From Octopus bimaculoides (Eukaryota), in the NCBI RefSeq assembly GCF_001194135.2, contig NC_068982.1, positions 65,340,558 through 65,404,519 on the forward strand: a stretch of DNA of 63,962 nucleotides. Direction: 5' to 3'. Below the pieces are notes generated by a model. It was not told the DNA's origin. It saw only the letters and a program-made list of their open reading frames with translations, and ran no database searches. The translations under genes and the position numbers were made by a program. This document shows positions 1 through 11,433 of this stretch, one piece after another (the first letter of the stretch is position 1; every line of letters starts with the position of its first letter).

Positions 1-254
1 CTGGACTGGCTTGTGCGGGTGGCACATAAAAGACACCATTTCGAGCGTGGCCGTTTTCGTGCGGGTGACACGTAAAAGCACCCACTACACTCTCTGAGTG
101 GTTGGCGTTAGGAAGGGCATCCAGCTGTAGAAACTCTGCCAAATCAGACTGAAGCCTGGTGTTGCCATCCGGTTTTACCAGTCCTCAGTCAAATCGTCCA
201 ACCCATGCTAGCATGGAAAGCGGACGTTAAACGATGATGATGATGATGATGATG

Positions 255-258
<4 letters not shown>
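1..258 (+). mobile_element. 3' tail of an RTE-type LINE/SINE family ending in (GAT)n
   Basis: The sequence gtggttggcgttaggaagggcatccagc...gcatggaaagcggacgttaaac(gat)n resembles the 3' end of the RTE element at 27565-29300. More than 20 related fragments are visible by eye across the window. Confidence 0.75.
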
Positions 259-285
<27 letters not shown>

Positions 286-595
286 GCAAAATGGATGCTG
301 AAGAATTTAGAAAACATGGCAAACAGGATATTCAATATGATATGAGTAAGAAATTAAATTCCCTTTTGAACACTAATCTAGGATTGGATGTATTTATATA
401 CTGTTGTCGATCAAAGGCATTCTAGACATGACTGCTTCATCTGATAAGAGAAAGACAGAGAGATAGAGGGAGACACATGCACACACACATCTACACACAT
501 AGAAACAAACTGTGTTTGATGGATGATAATGAAGATGTGTAGTGGTTAAAGATTGTGAGTGATGAATGTGAATAATAGGAGAGAGAGAAAAAGCT

Positions 596-633
<38 letters not shown>

Positions 634-641
<8 letters not shown>

Positions 642-663
642 CCAGATTAATAATAATTATATA

Positions 664-753
<90 letters not shown>

Positions 754-783
754 TATATAATTATTATTAATCTGGGCAAAATA
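634..783. repeat. Palindrome: inverted copies of a short unique AT-rich arm flanking an (AT)n tract
   Basis: tattttgcccagattaataataattatatatatatgt is the reverse complement of acatatatatataattattattaatctgggcaaaata. Confidence 0.9.
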
Positions 784-1022
784 CTTTGTAAGCTCTCTCT
801 GTTGATACAAATACACCAGGCTATCGAAATTTTTTAGATTAGGAAAGAACTCTACATATGCTTATGGCACAGTCTAAGGTTATAGTTCAACACTGTTGTA
901 TTCCCAGTTATACTTGTTTTTTACACAGTGATATACAAGACAAGATATAAATAAGGTATATGTAATGGCCATTATTTATATCTTGTATTGTATGTGTGCG
1001 TATATATATATATATATTTTTG

Positions 1023-1405
1023 TTTTTGTTGGCACTCCATCGCTTACGACGTCGAGGGTTCCAGTTGATCCGATCAACGAAACAGCCTGCTCGTGAAATT
1101 AACGTGCAAGTGGTTGAGCACTCCACAGACACGTGTACCCTTAATGTAGTTCTTGGGGATATTCAGCATGACAGTGTGACAAGGCTGACCCTTTGAATTA
1201 CAGGCACAACAGAAACAGGAAGTAAGAGTGAGAGAAAGTTGTGGTGGAAGAGTACAGCGAGGTTCGCCACCATCCCCTGCCAGAGCCTCGTGGAGCTTTA
1301 GGTGTTTTTCGCTCAGTAAACACTCACAACGCCCGGTCTGGGAATCGAAACCGTGATCCTATGACTGTGAGTCCGCTGCCCTAACCACTGGGCCATTGCG
1401 CCTCC
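1023..1405 (-). mobile_element. tRNA-derived SINE (about 380 bp)
   Basis: Head GGAGGCGCAATGGCCCAGTGGTTAGGGCAG...GGTTTCGATTCCC carries Pol III A and B boxes; there is a 3' stem-loop and a (CAA)n-like tail. Near-identical copies occur at 19837, 21969 and 51509. Confidence 0.9.
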
Positions 1406-1591
1406 ACATATATATATATGTATATATACACACACACAGCAAATAGAAGATGGAATGTACGAGAATTTATTAATCACAACAATTGTTTCGACACATCTAG
1501 CATTGATCCCAGTAAGCTACCAGGTGCAAACCATTCATTTTATATATATTATAAAGTCAGGGTACAATATGCACCTGTTTGTTTGAAAGAA

Positions 1592-2302
1592 GAGTTAAAA
1601 TTCTCCAAAACCACACATCTCTCACTATATGTAAATATACACGGAGAATGTAGTAAATATATTTAGAAAAATAGTCATCCCCAATTGTAAAGCTATAAAG
1701 AGAAGGGTAGATATTCCAGTATCAGTTGATTTCACTTTCTGTGCTGAATTGACACTTAAAGCTCATCAGCTAGGCTTGCTACCTTATTTTTTTTAATATA
1801 TTTACCTCTCCATGGGCGTTTGTTTAGCTGAAGGCCTCACAACTTCTAAATGAACATTAGCAAGCAGGCATAAATTCAAAATTCAAATAAGTTATCATTA
1901 TCTTTTAAAAAAATGATAAATTGGCCAGCAAGCATAATCCAGGATACAATATGTACCTGTTTGCTTGAAAGAAGAATTAAAACATCATTATTTTTTAAAG
2001 ATAATGATAACTTATTTGAATTATTGCTTGTTAATGTTCATTTGAAACTCACGGGGCCTTCAGCAGAACAGGCGCAAACAGAAAAGTAAATATATTTTCA
2101 AAAATAGTTTATGTAGTAAGCTTAGCTGATGAGCTTTAAGTGCCAATTCAGCACAGAAAGCAAAATCAATTGATACTGGGATATCTATCCTCCTCTTTGT
2201 AGTTTTACAAATGGGGACAACCATTTTTCTAAATGTATTTGCTATATTCTCCATGCGTCTTTATATATAGTCAGAGTTATGTGGTTTTGGAGAGTTTTAA
2301 CT
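1592..2302. repeat. Long imperfect inverted repeat (fold-back element), arms about 1592-1917 and 1984-2302
   Basis: Arms are reverse-complementary along their length; 1735-1782 vs 2113-2160 match at 45/48. Confidence 0.88.
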
Positions 2303-2716
2303 GAGTTACAGGTCAGCTCAGTCCATCGTCACTGAAGATTTGGGTATGAGATGCGTGTCTGCCAAGTTTGTGCCAAAACTGCTTTCAGCTGACTGAAAAG
2401 ACACTCGGGTTTCAGTTGCACAAGTTTCCTTGATTGTGTTGGGAATGATAAAAAATTTTTGAGAACTTTGTGTAAGCCTCTGAGCAGATATCGCCAAGCT
2501 TTTGGCAAAATTTGATGCTGATTCTCTGTTCAACTTTCTCTGTCATGGTCAATGTGATGATCACACGCTATACACCTTCCTTCCAAGCACTACTGTAAAC
2601 ATTAAAACTTCATGCAACAGCAGAGTTCAAGGTCAATCTGTGTCAAGTGGCTTCACTCTGCATGTTTTAGCTTCGTTACTATAGTAGCAGTCTGGATACT
2701 TATTGATCAGACCACA
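2303..2716. mobile_element. Rearranged mariner remnant: 5' TIR and N-terminus on the - strand, internal transposase segment on the + strand
   Basis: Minus strand: TA|tgtggtctgatcaataagtatccagact TIR, then MTEKVEQRISIKFCQKLGDICSEAY from 2546. Plus strand 2303-2470: SYRSAQSIVTEDLGMRCVSAKFVPKLLSAD*KDTRVSVAQ/DCVGNDKKFLRTL. Confidence 0.8.
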
Positions 2717-3488
2717 TATATATATATTTGAGAGAGTGTGTGATAGCCAGCAATATTTCTAGCAGTTCAATCAACTATGCAGAGATTCTCTCATTAAATG
2801 ATGGATAGGACAGTTGATGCTTAGCCCCAGATTATCCTGGATGAGCATACTTTTGACCAAAGGGACTATCTTATCCTTTTTGTCAAGATTACAATATGAC
2901 TATAATATGTGTTGTTTCTTTTTTAAAGAACTGTGGGGTATGATGTGAGGGGAAAGTTGTCTACTATTTCCAGCAGATCAAGTGAAAATGTAGAGGCTCT
3001 TCCATTGGCTCAACATTTAGGAATTTAAACTAAACCATGATGCTAACATAAAAGTTATACAGCATAGATTTTAAAAAGTGACTTATTATTAACTTAAAAT
3101 ATTTATAATTTGGTAGAATTACTAGTGTGTTCTCTTAACTATATATTTGTAATGAAGGCAAAATCAAGGAAGAAAATTTTAAATGAATTAACAAGAAAAA
3201 AATCTTGTTTTTGTCAGTTGTAAAATTGTTAAAATGCTAGAATAATAGACTAAATGTTTAGAACTATTTACTTCAATTACTGATACTTGTATAATGAAGG
3301 AATACAGTGTATTGGGTCTATTCATATTCAGTTCCCCCACCCACTTTATCATTAGAATTTATTTATTGCTATCCATCCTCTTCTCTCTCGCTCTCTCTTT
3401 CACACACACATACACACCCACCCACACACACACACACGCTCTTTGCTATCCTCTATTCCTCATTGCTGACATCCATTAATCTCTTGTT

Positions 3489-3660
3489 CTCTCTTAGTGT
3501 GTGTGTGTGCGTCTCTCTTAGTGTGTGTGTGTGTGCGTCTCTCTTAGTGTGTGTGTGTGCGTCTCTCTTAGTGTGTGTGCGTGCGTCTCTCTTAGTGTGT
3601 GTGTGTGCGTCTCTCTTAGTGTGTGTGTCTCTCTCTCTTAGTGTGTGTGTCTCTCTCTCT
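3489..3660. repeat. Compound minisatellite, about 7 units of (CT)n-TA-(GT)n-GCGT
   Basis: ctctcttagtgtgtgtgtgtgcgt repeated in tandem with length variation. Confidence 0.9.
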
Positions 3661-4704
3661 ATCTATCTATCTATCTCCCTCTTATATGCAAGATTAGTGA
3701 CACCCATCACTCTCTCTCCCCAACGCATTCTCTTTCCCAACATCATACCCTCTTTTTTGTCGCTCTCTTCCATCACCTTCTCTCTCTAACCCTGTCACTC
3801 TCTCTTCACCTATCATACTGCTCATTCTGTTTCTATCCAACCAGTCTTCTTACCAATAATCATGATCTCTCTCTCTCTCTCGTCTACTTATCCTCCTTTA
3901 CTCTCATTTCCATCACCCTATCATTTTGGTTCTCTTCCTTAATTTTCTCTTCTCACCTTCTTTGTCATGTTGCTTCTATTCAACCTCCTTAACAATAACT
4001 GTCATGTAGGTATTTATCACTCCTTCACTCTCTCTTTCTTTACTCATTTCTATCATCTTTCTCTTATCACTCTGATTCTCTATATTTATTTTCTGTTACC
4101 CTCCCTGCACAGGCTCCCTTCCTACTTAGTTGTGTGATAAAGAGGGATATTGCTGTACAGAAACAGTGCAGGGAAGAGAGAACACTCTTTAGTTTTGTTT
4201 AGTTGAGACAACCCTTTGCTGCTAGTGAAAGAATGAATGGAAACAGTAGACTAAAGAGGGCTCTTTAGTCTTCCTAAAGACAAGGCAATCTCTCTAGTGC
4301 TGGTGTTATGATAAAATGCACCAAGTATACATTGTAAAGTGGTTGGCAAATAAACAGAAACAAGGAGAAAAGAGGACTTGTTAGTCTTGCTGAGGATATG
4401 GCAAACTCTCTAGTGCTGGTGCCATGTAAAATGCACCCAGTTTACTCTACAAAGTGGTTGGTGATAGGAAGAGTAACTAGCAATAGAAGCCATACCAAAA
4501 GTAGAACAAGTAAGTGAGATGTGATCCTCTGACCATCTAAGAGGGCAGTAACTCCAAATAAGAGTGGACTTGCACTGTAACTACTTGTCCAGCCCATGCC
4601 AGTATGAAAAAAATGTATGTGAAAGGAAGAGGAGGAGGACGGGGATGATGGTAGCAGTAACAATGACAGATAGATGTAAAGTTAATTATTTATATATATA
4701 TATA

Positions 4705-5156
4705 NNNNNNNNNNNNNNNNNNNNNNNNNNNNNNNNNNNNNNNNNNNNNNNNNNNNNNNNNNNNNNNNNNNNNNNNNNNNNNNNNNNNNNNNNNNNNNNN
4801 NNNNNNNNNNNNNNNNNNNNNNNNNNNNNNNNNNNNNNNNNNNNNNNNNNNNNNNNNNNNNNNNNNNNNNNNNNNNNNNNNNNNNNNNNNNNNNNNNNNN
4901 NNNNNNNNNNNNNNNNNNNNNNNNNNNNNNNNNNNNNNNNNNNNNNNNNNNNNNNNNNNNNNNNNNNNNNNNNNNNNNNNNNNNNNNNNNNNNNNNNNNN
5001 NNNNNNNNNNNNNNNNNNNNNNNNNNNNNNNNNNNNNNNNNNNNNNNNNNNNNNNNNNNNNNNNNNNNNNNNNNNNNNNNNNNNNNNNNNNNNNNNNNNN
5101 NNNNNNNNNNNNNNNNNNNNNNNNNNNNNNNNNNNNNNNNNNNNNNNNNNNNNNNN
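4705..5156. other. Assembly gap (N)
   Basis: Run of N flanked by (TA)n. Confidence 1.
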
Positions 5157-5203
<47 letters not shown>

Positions 5204-6962
5204 TATATACGGACTGATAAATACATAATTACATACATGTATGCATTCAGAAGCAGAGAGAGAGATGCATAGGTTATTAATACAAACAAATGTAGGTAGA
5301 TATTTAGGTATATAGATACATAAGTATGTTGATAAATAGATAGCTATTAACATAATAGAAAAATCACTATGAAGGTAGCTATGTACATACATAGGTAGAT
5401 AAGGAGGTAGGTATATAGAACAGTATAGTAAAAGATAATGGATAACCTCATAAGTGGATAGATACATGCAGTTGTAGAGATAAATAGATAGACAGACAGA
5501 TAAATAGATATAGAGTGAGATACAGACATACATAGATAGATAGGTAGGTTGATAAATAGGTATTTACTAAACTAAAAGAAAATAAATTACTTTGTCTATT
5601 TATTTCCAGAGGAACATTTGAACTAAATGCAATGTCCATAAAGACATAAATATAAGAGATTAACTATATATGAGTTTCTCTGAGAGATAGGAATAAATAA
5701 ATGGCTTATATTGTTAACATAATCTGATGATGTGCATGCCAGAGTATGTGGTGGAGGCGGTAGTGGATGGGTTGACCATTGTGGCTTACATGCCCTTTAT
5801 GTGTGTGGACAATTCTGTATTTGTAAGTATATTTCTTCCTAAAGTAACTTTTCTGAAACACAAATTGCTCTCTCTCTTTCCTTCCATGCACAGACAGGGA
5901 TACACATACATCTGTGTGTGTGTAAGTAGTATAAATCCTGATAGGGTAGAAAGTCAGTGTATTTTCAATGCAGCACTCAACAAAAAAGCGTTGAAAAAAA
6001 AAATAGGTATCATAGATTCAAAATGACAAAGAACTTCTCCAAAAAACAAATTCAACTCCAGGTCTTTTTTTTTTTTTGACTAACTCATATAAAAGGTATG
6101 AATCTTCTATAAGAAATCATTTATGATGAATTCCCGAAAGCACTAAATAAGTAGATGTTATCCAAGTGCTGATTACCTTCTTTCACAAGACTGGCCCTGC
6201 TGGGTCAACTCCTTGAAAAATTTTAGTCAAACAAATTGACTTTAGTTTTAACTTTATATATATATGTGTGAGTGTGAGTGTATGTGCATGCCAATAGAGT
6301 GAATTGGTAAATCAGTTGACTTTACAACTGAATCCTATCTAACATGCATGAGTGTATGCATCATGGCCAAATGGTTAAGAAGTTTGCTTCACAATCATAA
6401 AGTCTTGTGTTTGATCTCTACATGACTTACTAATGACAACTATCTTTTATGATTGCCTTGAGTAAAACCTACGCCTTGTGAGTGAAAATGAGTGGATAGA
6501 AACTGTACAGAAACTTATCATATGGATTGTGTCTGCTGATTCTGTCTGTAAATTACATTAAACCTACTTGTGTCTGTAGAGATACATGGCTTAGTGGTTA
6601 TGGTATTGGCCTCATGATTGTAAGATTGTGGTTTCAATTCCTGGACAAGGTGATGCATTGTGTTCTTGAGCAAAACACTTCATTACACGTTGCTTCAGTC
6701 TAGTCATCTGGCAAAAAAGAACTGTTCTTGTGACAGGCCAGTATCCCATCCAAGAGAGAGTATATATGCCAGAGAACCTGGGAAACCAGCCTTATAAGTC
6801 TATATGACTGAGGAAAGTGCTTTATCTTCTCGTTTTATGTGTCTTTGGAATACTCAACCACTTACATGCCATAGAGTGAACTGGTAAATCATTTGACTTT
6901 ACAACTGAATCCTCATTTTCAAAACTAATGGATATCCATTTAGTATTCTGTATATATATATA

Positions 6963-7339
6963 NNNNNNNNNNNNNNNNNNNNNNNNNNNNNNNNNNNNNN
7001 NNNNNNNNNNNNNNNNNNNNNNNNNNNNNNNNNNNNNNNNNNNNNNNNNNNNNNNNNNNNNNNNNNNNNNNNNNNNNNNNNNNNNNNNNNNNNNNNNNNN
7101 NNNNNNNNNNNNNNNNNNNNNNNNNNNNNNNNNNNNNNNNNNNNNNNNNNNNNNNNNNNNNNNNNNNNNNNNNNNNNNNNNNNNNNNNNNNNNNNNNNNN
7201 NNNNNNNNNNNNNNNNNNNNNNNNNNNNNNNNNNNNNNNNNNNNNNNNNNNNNNNNNNNNNNNNNNNNNNNNNNNNNNNNNNNNNNNNNNNNNNNNNNNN
7301 NNNNNNNNNNNNNNNNNNNNNNNNNNNNNNNNNNNNNNN
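6963..7339. other. Assembly gap (N)
   Basis: Run of N flanked by (TA)n and (CT)n. Confidence 1.
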
Positions 7340-7346
7340 CTCTCCC

Positions 7347-7377
<31 letters not shown>

Positions 7378-8938
7378 GCACACACACACACACAGAGTAG
7401 AATTAGAAATAGAAAATCCTTGGTATAGTATTATATATTTGAAGAAGTGCATAGGAATGACTTTTCTGGTAATCTTTCCACTTTAATAATTAGCAGTTTA
7501 TAAATCATTGCATGTATAATTATTGAAGCAGAAAAATGGTCAGAAAATCTATTCCTATTTATTTCTTCAAATATATGCAAGTGGGTACAGAAAAGCTCCT
7601 GGCTTTAAGAGTATTGCAAAAGGCCTGGTTGGAGGCCCAACCTTTCAAATTCTTTTACAGGGCTTAGAAAAACTGAAGGGCTGACACAATAACTGTGTGA
7701 ATCTGAGAGGGGAATATGTTGAATAAAATCATAATTAACTGATCCTCCAGTATTTTCTTTTAACTAAAGCCAGAAACTTTTCAGCACCCTTTTGTATGTG
7801 TGGGCATGTATTACTGTTTCATTGCTCTGACATCACATGATAGTTAAAAATGAACATCACTGTCATGCAAGTGATATCTCTCATTTCAAGTCTTATGTGA
7901 GAAACATGTCTGGTCATGGGGAAAATATAATCTTTCTTGGAAACAGATGAAGGTTGGTGACAAGAAGAGCATCTGACTGTGGAAAATCTCCCTTATCAAA
8001 TTCCACCTGGCCCTTTTGATCAGGGGAAAGTGGACAATAAAACAATAATGATGATAAATATTGGTTTCAAATTTTGGTGCAAGGCCAGTAAGTTCAGGAG
8101 AAGGGGTTAAGTTGATTACATCAACCCTAGTACTCACCTGATACTTATTTTTTCTATCCTAAAAGGATGAAAGGTAAAGTTGACCTCGGTGGAATTTGAA
8201 CTCAGAACATAAAGACAGACAAAATGCTGCTAAGCATTTTGCTTGGCATTCTAACAATTCTGCCAGCTCACTGCCCTGATGATAATAAATATTAAAAGAG
8301 TACTCAGAGTGTACTCTGTGCTGTTACCTCTTTATATTTGTAAAGATTTATTGTGGGAATTGGAAGATTTAAAGTTCCAGTCTTCATAGTGACCACTGGT
8401 TTCCTCTCAAGATGAGAATCTTCGTTCAGATGAGTGAACAATGGTGAAATCAATGTTGTATTTTTAGGTGATGGGTTTGACTGGGAGTTAGGTATTCCAG
8501 TTGTGTGTGATATGGAGGTAAAGCATTTGTTGGGAGTGAGGGGTTATGTTTGTATTTTTATTTGTATTTTTCTGCAAATGCAGATATGTTGTGTATGTGT
8601 TTTTTCAAATGTGTGTGTCTACATTAGTTTGAACAACAGAGATTTTTGGTCATAAAAGATTATTATGGAGGATTATGGATATTTTTGGCAAGTTTTAATG
8701 TTGGTTATCTAAGAATAGTAATTTGGCTATTATTGGAAATGGAAAAAAAAATAACAGCAACAAACAAAATTTCTCTATTATGGGAAATGGAATTAAAGGT
8801 GTGGTAGAATAGAAATTTTAGGCTGAAGTATTTTTCTTTGAAGGTCATTGGAGGTAAGTGAGGTAGTTTTCATTGGAAGAGAATGTTGGGAATACTGTGT
8901 TGAGCTGGAAAAATGATGTAATGTGCTTGTGTGCGTGC

Positions 8939-8977
<39 letters not shown>

Positions 8978-9899
8978 GAGCGGAAAGTAAGGAGGTGATC
9001 ACTTCATACAAGTTAAGTTTAAGACTAACTAAACACAAACACACACATATTCAGTGCATATGGGCATGTATGCATATAAGTACACAGTACAGTTATAAAT
9101 ATGTGCATATATTGCAGTGAGCATATGCATACACACACTACATAGTTGTGCTTGCATGAATGTATACACATACACACATATTTATGCATACATTTTATAT
9201 ATATGCATATATAATATACTGTCTCTCTCACACATACACTCTCTCTCATATATATATACACACACACACACGCACACTCATTATGCATATATATAAATAT
9301 CATGTACATATCTCCTACACAATACACATTTATATTACACACACACAAATATTTTGCACATGCAGACATACATACACACACTAATTCACACATCCTCGCA
9401 CAATTTCAACAGAAACATCTCCATTGATATATTGTCAATAATATTCCCTTTTATGATTCCTAAACATCCTTTCATGTGACAGCAGAGCAACAATGAGAAT
9501 TCACATGAGGTATGGTCTGTTCTGGAAGGAAGGAAGTGATATCTGACAGCAGATGTTAGGCATCTTGGTGGTGATTGTTGTTGCTGTTGTTGTTAATAAA
9601 CAATGTACCACTTGATGGATGTATCCTCATTGCTCTGATCCAATTCATGGATATATCATTTAAAATGTTTAACCCTTTTTATTGTTGTATATAATGGCAA
9701 TTGTTTCTCATTATTGCTAGAAATATTTGGCACACAAACACAATTTCATTATACATTGTCATCCTCTCCTCCTTCTCCTAATTATTGTCATCATCGTCAT
9801 CATGAATGTTGTTGTTATTATTGCTTTTATTGAGAAGGGTGATGAATTGCCAGAATTATTAGAGCATCTCACAAAATGTTATAGAGTATTTCTTCCAGA

Positions 9900-10930
9900 T
9901 TAGAGAAGGAATTCATCAACTGATTAAAAGTGGTGAACAGGAAAGCATCACTTGCAGTGTGCTTACAGTGAGAATAATTGTTAACCACTTCCCAGATGCA
10001 AAATGCATTTTAGGGTAAACACTTCTGTGCTGGTGGGGGCTGCTGTATGCCTTCTCTGAATGCAGGAGTCAGTGTCTCAACAAACAGTGAAACAACCTCT
10101 TTAGGGCATTTTGGCCCCGTCCACTATGACACTGAACCTAATGGGGTCACCCACCAATACAGGTAACAAAACTCCTGCACAATAGCTTGAGCTTTGTTGA
10201 GTCAGATGTTGTGACTCTGGGCTGCTGTTTCTATCATTCTCAATGTTTGATCTTATGCCTCTTGTTCTAAGGCACATACTCTGGAACACAAGGGAGTGAG
10301 ACATCATTCAATGGGTATTGGTGGAGGAAGTACAGCTTGGCAGTGAAGTTGCACTTCAAATCATTGGTGAACCACAGCAGACATGTGCTGTTTGATTCCA
10401 AGCAGATACTACTGATTTTCCAGTAGCTCTTTGCCAAGCTGTATGAGAAGAGCAACAGACTGGAGATAGTAGAATACAATACTTATTCAATGATATCCAG
10501 TGATGATTCTTTACCGAAGACTCAATGCTACAAGAAACTGATTTCAGCAGAAGTAGTGGATTTGTTGAGCAGCTGTGAAGTGGCAAATCAGTGAGACTGG
10601 ATGGTCTTTCCTTGCTAGGCTGGTTCATAACTGTCTTGGCAGCTGTTTATTGCAACTGGCAGTAGACTGAGAATATTCAGTCATGTAAGCAGAGGAGTAG
10701 CGATGCTGTTGAGGAAGTACCCGAACAAAGGAAGAACATAATAGGCAACATCAGATCCATAACTTCGTTCAGAGCAGAGTTAAAGGTTTATGCAAGGGTG
10801 CTTGCTTGCTGAGAGATTGGTGCTTATCCATGATAGCCTCTCCACCTCACATGATACATCATAGAGCAAGTCAGCACTAGGTCTGGTTTTGATGGGACTC
10901 AGATTAATTCAGATCATTCTGAAGCAAAGC
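9900..10930 (-). pseudogene. Highly degraded coding-like segment, possibly an old RTE-like LINE reverse transcriptase
   Basis: GC content is higher than the flanks. Fragmentary minus-strand motifs (AIVQEFCYL, LGSVS) resemble the RT FCYLGS region, but there are many stops and frameshifts. Confidence 0.3.
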
Positions 10931-11342
10931 ACAGGGTCAACCAACATTATCTAGTAACCTTATGACCAATAAAAGAAATCATCATCATCATCATTATTAT
11001 TATGGTGAGCTGGCAAAATCATAAGAATGTCAGAGAAAATGTTTAACAGCGTTTCAATGATATCCAGTGGTGATATCATTTTTAGTTCAAATTCCACTGA
11101 GATGGACTTTGCCTTACATCCTTTCGAGGCTGATAATATAAGTACCAGCTGAGCACTGGGGTAAATGTAATCAGCTAACCCACTGCTCCTAAAATGTTGA
11201 TGGCCTTGTGCCAAAATTTGAAATTATCATCATTATTAATATTTCACCTTATTCCTCTGTTACATTAATTTTTCCTGTCTGTTGTCTCATAAACCATCGC
11301 TATTATTGTGATTTAATTCCATACCTTTTGATGTCTTTGCAG

Positions 11343-11433
11343 AATGGAGGAGATGGTAAGCAGCATGCTCCATTATAAATCCAAAGTTGAACAATTACGG
11401 CAGGAAAGGTTCAATTTGTCAATGACTTATGAG
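11343..11433 (+). CDS. NCKAP5: NCKAP5-like coding exon 1 in window ((R)[30 protein letters not shown])
   Basis: Acceptor tctttgcag at 11342, donor gtaagc at 11434. The phase-2 start fits the recalled R|MEE of NCKAP5, which implies an upstream exon. Confidence 0.8.

Noticed and set aside
394-837. ORFs with [10 protein letters not shown] or CVCV runs, and ORFs spanning the N gaps (e.g. 4564-5533, 6899-7452)
   Set aside because: These are translations of dinucleotide microsatellites or of N runs, not coding sequence.
2126-2160. CTGATGA...GAAA, possible second hammerhead in the palindrome arm
   Set aside because: Stem II does not close directly before GAAA, and no stem I/III or cleavage triplet could be built.
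8820-8860. Possible upstream NCKAP5-like exon ending in phase 2 at a gtaagt donor
   Set aside because: The encoded peptide (AEVFFFEGHWR) has no coiled-coil or NCKAP5 similarity and lies in a repeat-like context.
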